In this document: positions 59,964 through 64,000 of the stretch, one piece after another
How positions within the stretch are numbered: position 1 is the first letter of the stretch
How the letters are laid out: the number at the start of each line of letters is the position of its first letter
NCBI GenBank assembly: GCA_963736115.1
Contig: CAVTNR010000019.1
Span: 36,461-100,460 of the forward strand
DNA from: an uncultured bacterium
Lineage (GTDB): Bacteria > Zhuqueibacterota > QNDG01 > DTFT01
DNA length: 64,000 nt
Direction of reading: 5' to 3'
Translations under genes and position numbers: made by a program
The notes under the pieces: model-generated
The model's input: the letters and a program-made list of their open reading frames with translations, nothing else
What the model was told of the DNA's origin: nothing
Databases searched by the model: none

Positions 59964-62900
59964 ATGAAAGTTCCGTTCCGGTCTGTTGTCCTTCTGCTGA
60001 CCTTCCTTTCATTCGGACGGATCGCGGCGCAGCATGATTCGCTGTCCTGCCAGTCCGTCCTGAGCCGGATGCTCCGCGCCAAAGCGGACATGCACGTCCT
60101 GAACGAGTATGACCCCGACACTTTCCTCAAGCGGTTTCCGGATTACCGCGCGGCTTTTTCGGCTTTTCTCGATTCCCTCGACCGCCACGGACTCTGGCGC
60201 TGCGTTTCCGATCCCCTGGAACTCCGGATCGAGAAGACACGGATCGATTTCTACGCCGATCCGACGACTGAAAAGCGGGCGGCGCGGGCCTCGCTCGAGC
60301 GGACGGTCGCCCTGCTTCGGCCCGATGTTTCCGCCGAGGGTCCGGCCGGCCGGCACCAAATGGAATATGCGGAGCTGTGCCATTACCTGGCCACCCTGTA
60401 CTATCAGAGCGGAGAGATCGAAAAGCAGATCCGGATCTGCGCGGACGCCGTTTCCGTGCTCGAACGGATGCGGGCCGGGGGCGAGCCCCCCGCGCTGTTG
60501 GAGTGGATGATCCGGACAAAGTGGGCCAATGCCCTGGCGGCCGCCGCGCCGGCCGAGGCGCTCGCCGTGATCGAACCGGTACGGTCTCTCGACGCCCGCG
60601 TCTATGACGGGTACGCCGTCAACCCCTGGCGGAAGGAGCGGCTGGAGAACACGCTGGCGGCCGCATGGGAGTCCCTGGGCGGCGCGCGGGCCGCGGTTGG
60701 CGACGTGCACGGCGCGGTCGCGGCTTATGAGAAAGCCATGGAATTCACGCGCCCGGAGCGGTTCACCTGGGACAGCATCGTGCTTGGTATCGTGAAACTG
60801 CAGGCTGAGTCGGGAAACGACATCGAAGTGGAGCGCTGGGCGCGGACCGTGGAGCGGCAAAAGCCGCGGGCCCTGCTTTCCGTTTACCTGGCGGCCGGCG
60901 GCGCCTATGACGCCAGGCGGAACCTCGAGCCGGCCTCCCGGGCGTACGGCCGCGCATTCGATCTGCTCCGCAAGGCCTCTGCGGAAGAGCAGATCCGCGT
61001 GCTGTCCTCTCTGGTCCGCGTTTACGCCGATCTGGGTCTGCAGGACCGCATCTTCGAGACGCTCAACCAGGCCATGAAGGACAGGGATTTTATCCGGAAC
61101 GACGAACTGAGCTACTCCTTCGCCGAAGCCTGTTTTTTGATCGGCACGGAGGTGCGGCGGAACGGCGGGAAGCCGGACGCGTATTACACGGCCGCGGAGC
61201 GGGTGCTCGACCGAAAAGCTTCGGAGCGCCTGGACTTCTTCAAGAATCCGTACGCCGGACGCTTCCTGGTCCTGTCTGTGCGGCTCAGCATGGCAGGGGG
61301 GGACAACAGCGACCTGGACAAAGCCTCGAGCCGGATTGACGCGATCCTCGCGGGATACCGCGATGCCGCGCGGCGCCTGGGTCTCAAGGGCGATTATGCG
61401 AGCGACGACGTGTTGTTCGCCAAGCGCATGGCCGGCCGGATCTCTGAGATCCGGGGTGACGACGCGGGAGCCGTCGCCGTCTATAAGGAACTTCTGTCGG
61501 ATTACGCGGAAACACCTGCGCGCGGGAGTCTGGTCAAATACGGATCCGCGGAGGGCGCGGATTCGGCGGCAGCGGCGCTCTTCCGTATCTCGGAACACCG
61601 CCTCCGGTCGAGGGACTTCGCCGGCGGCCTGGAGCCCTGCGAGTGGACGGCCCGGCGGGACAATCTGCCGGCTGCGATCCGCGAGAAGGCGGAGTTTCTC
61701 GCGGGTCGGGCCGCGTACCACTGGGGGTTCGCGGAACAGGATCGTTTCAGCCAGGCCCTGACGGCATTCAACCGGATCCGACCGGAGAGCCGGTACCGGC
61801 CGCAGGCCGGTTTTATGATCGCCCTCTGCCAGTGGCATCTTGGATTCCGCGACGCGGCCGTCGACAACCTGAGCGGTTGTTTCGCGGCCCTGCGGCCGGA
61901 ATCGGCCGACGGACCGATGACCGAGTTCCTGCTGGGCGAGAATGTGACGGGTTTTTCCCGCGTCATCGCCGAAAGCGTCTTCATGCTGGGCGACGCCGGC
62001 CGGGCCGAATCCCTCATGCGCTCCGTTCTGGACGCGGTCGGCCGTATCCGTCTCGACACCGCGGAGGAAGCCCAGGGACTGTATGCCCTGGCCCGGTTCA
62101 CGCTCCGCAACGGGCCGCCGGACGCCGCCAAATGGCGGAAGGCCGACGGCCTGCTCGACGCGTTTTTCGCGAACCGGCACGCCCTGGACGACCGATGGAC
62201 GTATTTTCGCGCGGGCGAGCTGAAGATGGACATCGATTTCGAACTGGGCCGGTTGACGGCGGACGCCATCCGGCGCCAGATCGGCCAGCTGCGGGAGTTC
62301 AATGATTCAGGGGAAGAGCTCCGGCGCATCGTCGCATCCCGGGAGTTCTACGGCGGCCCGGGCATGGTTTCGCTCGAAAACCCGGACGTCGCCGGCCTGA
62401 AGGAGAGCGTTCAGGAACTGCTCGCGAAATGCCACTACATGCTCGGCCGCGTCGCGGGACGCGGCCGCCGGTGGGACGAGGCCGTCGCGGCCTACGATGC
62501 CGTGCTGGACCGTTATGCCCGGTTCGATCTGTACGCGTCGCGGTCCCTGTACCAGAAAGGACTCATCTATCTCACCGCCCTGAACCGTGTGGACCGGGCC
62601 GTGGATCTCTTCATCGATCTCTTCCGGCGGTATGACGGATCCGGGCTCGCGGACCAGGCCATGGAGGATCTCCGCGACGCGGAACGCGTGGCCGTCCGGC
62701 CTTCCGAAGTCGCGGTCTGGCTCAGGGCGTGCCGCCGCATGTTCCGCGTGTCGGACGATCGGGACTTGTCCCGGTTCGCCGCCCATCTCGCCATGGTGCT
62801 TGCCGAGCGGCATGTCGGAAGGGACGACCGGTACACGCGTGACCGGGCGGTGATCGCAGCCCTGACCGATGGGCTCGCCTGGCTCACGGCGCCCAGGGAC

Positions 62901-63476
62901 ACGGTCCGGATCGGCGCCGATGACATCGCGCGCGCGAATCTCCTGCTGGCCAGGGCCTACCGCCTGGAGTCGGACCTGCGGCCCGCCTCCATTCGGCATC
63001 GGTACGGGGTGACCTACCCCGAGGCCAATGTCCGGAAGGAGAACGCGTGCTACAGCCGCGTCATGGCGCTGAACGCCTCCGCGGCCGCGTTCGACGAGGC
63101 GCAATGGCGCATGGCGGTCAACCTGGCGCTCACGGGCCGTCCGGAGGAAAGCAAGAAAGTGATGTGGACACAGCGTTCCTCGGACCGCGGCCGGCTGAAT
63201 CTGCGTGAAACCTATGAGAAGGAAATCGGTGTTCTGGTCGCCTACGCCGCGCCGGACCGCGCCCGGGCCTACAACCGCGATATCGCCGTATCGATCGAAA
63301 ACATACTCGACGCGACCCGTGGAAACGGCCTGCTCCCGTATCTCCGCGACATGTTCGACGGCACGCGGCGGCAGGTCGAGGTGCTGAAACGCAAAACCGG
63401 ACGGCCGGACATCATGCCGGAGGTGCTGGACCTGAGTTTGTACCCCGGAGGGAAATGGTCGGGGAGTGTGCTGTAA
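59964..63476 (+). CDS. Large secreted TPR-like helical repeat protein (1170 aa)
   Basis: AAGGA RBS, signal peptide, repeated A...Y..A / LY.KG..Y TPR-like helices; no catalytic motif recognised. Confidence 0.7.
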   Translation: MKVPFRSVVLLLTFLSFGRIAAQHDSLSCQSVLSRMLRAKADMHVLNEYDPDTFLKRFPDYRAAFSAFLDSLDRHGLWRCVSDPLELRIEKTRIDFYADPTTEKRAARASLERTVALLRPDVSAEGPAGRHQMEYAELCHYLATLYYQSGEIEKQIRICADAVSVLERMRAGGEPPALLEWMIRTKWANALAAAAPAEALAVIEPVRSLDARVYDGYAVNPWRKERLENTLAAAWESLGGARAAVGDVHGAVAAYEKAMEFTRPERFTWDSIVLGIVKLQAESGNDIEVERWARTVERQKPRALLSVYLAAGGAYDARRNLEPASRAYGRAFDLLRKASAEEQIRVLSSLVRVYADLGLQDRIFETLNQAMKDRDFIRNDELSYSFAEACFLIGTEVRRNGGKPDAYYTAAERVLDRKASERLDFFKNPYAGRFLVLSVRLSMAGGDNSDLDKASSRIDAILAGYRDAARRLGLKGDYASDDVLFAKRMAGRISEIRGDDAGAVAVYKELLSDYAETPARGSLVKYGSAEGADSAAAALFRISEHRLRSRDFAGGLEPCEWTARRDNLPAAIREKAEFLAGRAAYHWGFAEQDRFSQALTAFNRIRPESRYRPQAGFMIALCQWHLGFRDAAVDNLSGCFAALRPESADGPMTEFLLGENVTGFSRVIAESVFMLGDAGRAESLMRSVLDAVGRIRLDTAEEAQGLYALARFTLRNGPPDAAKWRKADGLLDAFFANRHALDDRWTYFRAGELKMDIDFELGRLTADAIRRQIGQLREFNDSGEELRRIVASREFYGGPGMVSLENPDVAGLKESVQELLAKCHYMLGRVAGRGRRWDEAVAAYDAVLDRYARFDLYASRSLYQKGLIYLTALNRVDRAVDLFIDLFRRYDGSGLADQAMEDLRDAERVAVRPSEVAVWLRACRRMFRVSDDRDLSRFAAHLAMVLAERHVGRDDRYTRDRAVIAALTDGLAWLTAPRDTVRIGADDIARANLLLARAYRLESDLRPASIRHRYGVTYPEANVRKENACYSRVMALNASAAAFDEAQWRMAVNLALTGRPEESKKVMWTQRSSDRGRLNLRETYEKEIGVLVAYAAPDRARAYNRDIAVSIENILDATRGNGLLPYLRDMFDGTRRQVEVLKRKTGRPDIMPEVLDLSLYPGGKWSGSVL

Positions 63477-63516
63477 TCGCGGCTTCCGTTTCCCGGATTT
63501 CCTAAGAAATATCATC

Positions 63517-63595
63517 ACCACGGAGGTTCACGGAATTGAACGGATGTGATATTTTATTATTGTCTTATCCGTGTGTCTCCGTGTTTTTTCGTGGT
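63517..63595. repeat. Inverted 10-bp-period arrays (CACGGA x3 / TCCGTG x3) around an AT-rich spacer
   Basis: Units at 63519, 63529, 63539 and 63568, 63578, 63588. Confidence 0.75.
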
Positions 63596-63669
63596 ATTTT
63601 TTTCGGCCGGTGAATGACCTGCCGGGGATGCGGTGACGGAATGAGAGCGGTTCCATGGGCGGAAACGAC

Positions 63670-64000
63670 ATGAATCAGGAAAGCACGGAGCCGTCCGCGC
63701 CCGCGCTCGTCCGTCCCGCGGCCGGGCTGGACGTTGATCCCGGCCTGCTCGATCCTTTTCTCCACACCGCGGCCGTGACCGCTTTTTACGGGTATTTTTC
63801 GGTCACTCCCGGACCGCCGGGCCCGGACGGGCTCGGAGAAATTCTGTCGCACTTCTCGAAGTTCCCCTACGAAAACCTCAGCAAGATCATCCGGCACCAT
63901 GAAGCCGTGGAGATGGAGAAGAAACTGCGCTTCCCGATCGAGGTCATGGACGGGTACGTCCGGCACCGCTTCGGCGGCACCTGTTTTTCCCTCACATTCT
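63670..64000 (+). CDS. Arylamine N-acetyltransferase family protein, 3'-truncated (absent from the ORF track)
   Basis: Open frame from ATG 63670 to the window end, encoding FPYENLSK and RFGGTCFSL (NAT PFENL / GGxC motifs). Confidence 0.8.
   Translation, partial: MNQESTEPSAPALVRPAAGLDVDPGLLDPFLHTAAVTAFYGYFSVTPGPPGPDGLGEILSHFSKFPYENLSKIIRHHEAVEMEKKLRFPIEVMDGYVRHRFGGTCFSLTF

Noticed and set aside
60009-62180. Long antisense or alternate-frame ORFs (also 18074-19810, 12038-13864, 51994-53796, 41447-43195)
   Set aside because: Shadow ORFs expected in GC-rich DNA; they overlap better-supported genes and have no motifs.

Overview
GC-rich bacterial chromosomal window. The gene content (T9SS-type C-terminal sorting signal, PorV-like barrel, TonB-dependent receptor without SusD, orphan Wzi) suggests an FCB-superphylum organism such as KSB1; this is an inference. 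Core or ordinary genes are acyl-CoA dehydrogenase, ndk, a DEAD-box helicase, hisS, etfB/etfA, coaE, a mannose-1-P guanylyltransferase, a ptsN-like gene, amtB-glnK and a complete kdpFABCDE operon (kdpF is missing from the ORF track). Five accessory modules stand out: (1) a beta-1,3-glucan operon (GPH transporter, GH17, GH149-like phosphorylase) invaded by a RAYT transposase and its GTAG-REPs; (2) a BlaI/BlaR1-type system whose sensor carries four GyrI-like domains plus a SPOR domain, with three BlaI boxes; (3) a TonB receptor + large CTD-bearing protein + PorV-like barrel + lipoprotein cassette; (4) a NifA-like activator with putative ACA-N4-TGT sites and a sigma54 promoter at amtB; (5) a sigma54-driven pair of large orphan secreted TPR proteins. 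At least six families of short intergenic repeats occur. Single-base frameshifts in the TBDR, CTD protein, PorV and kdpA look like long-read indel errors. No rRNA, tRNA or CRISPR array was seen. All family calls come from motif recognition by eye; no database searches were run.
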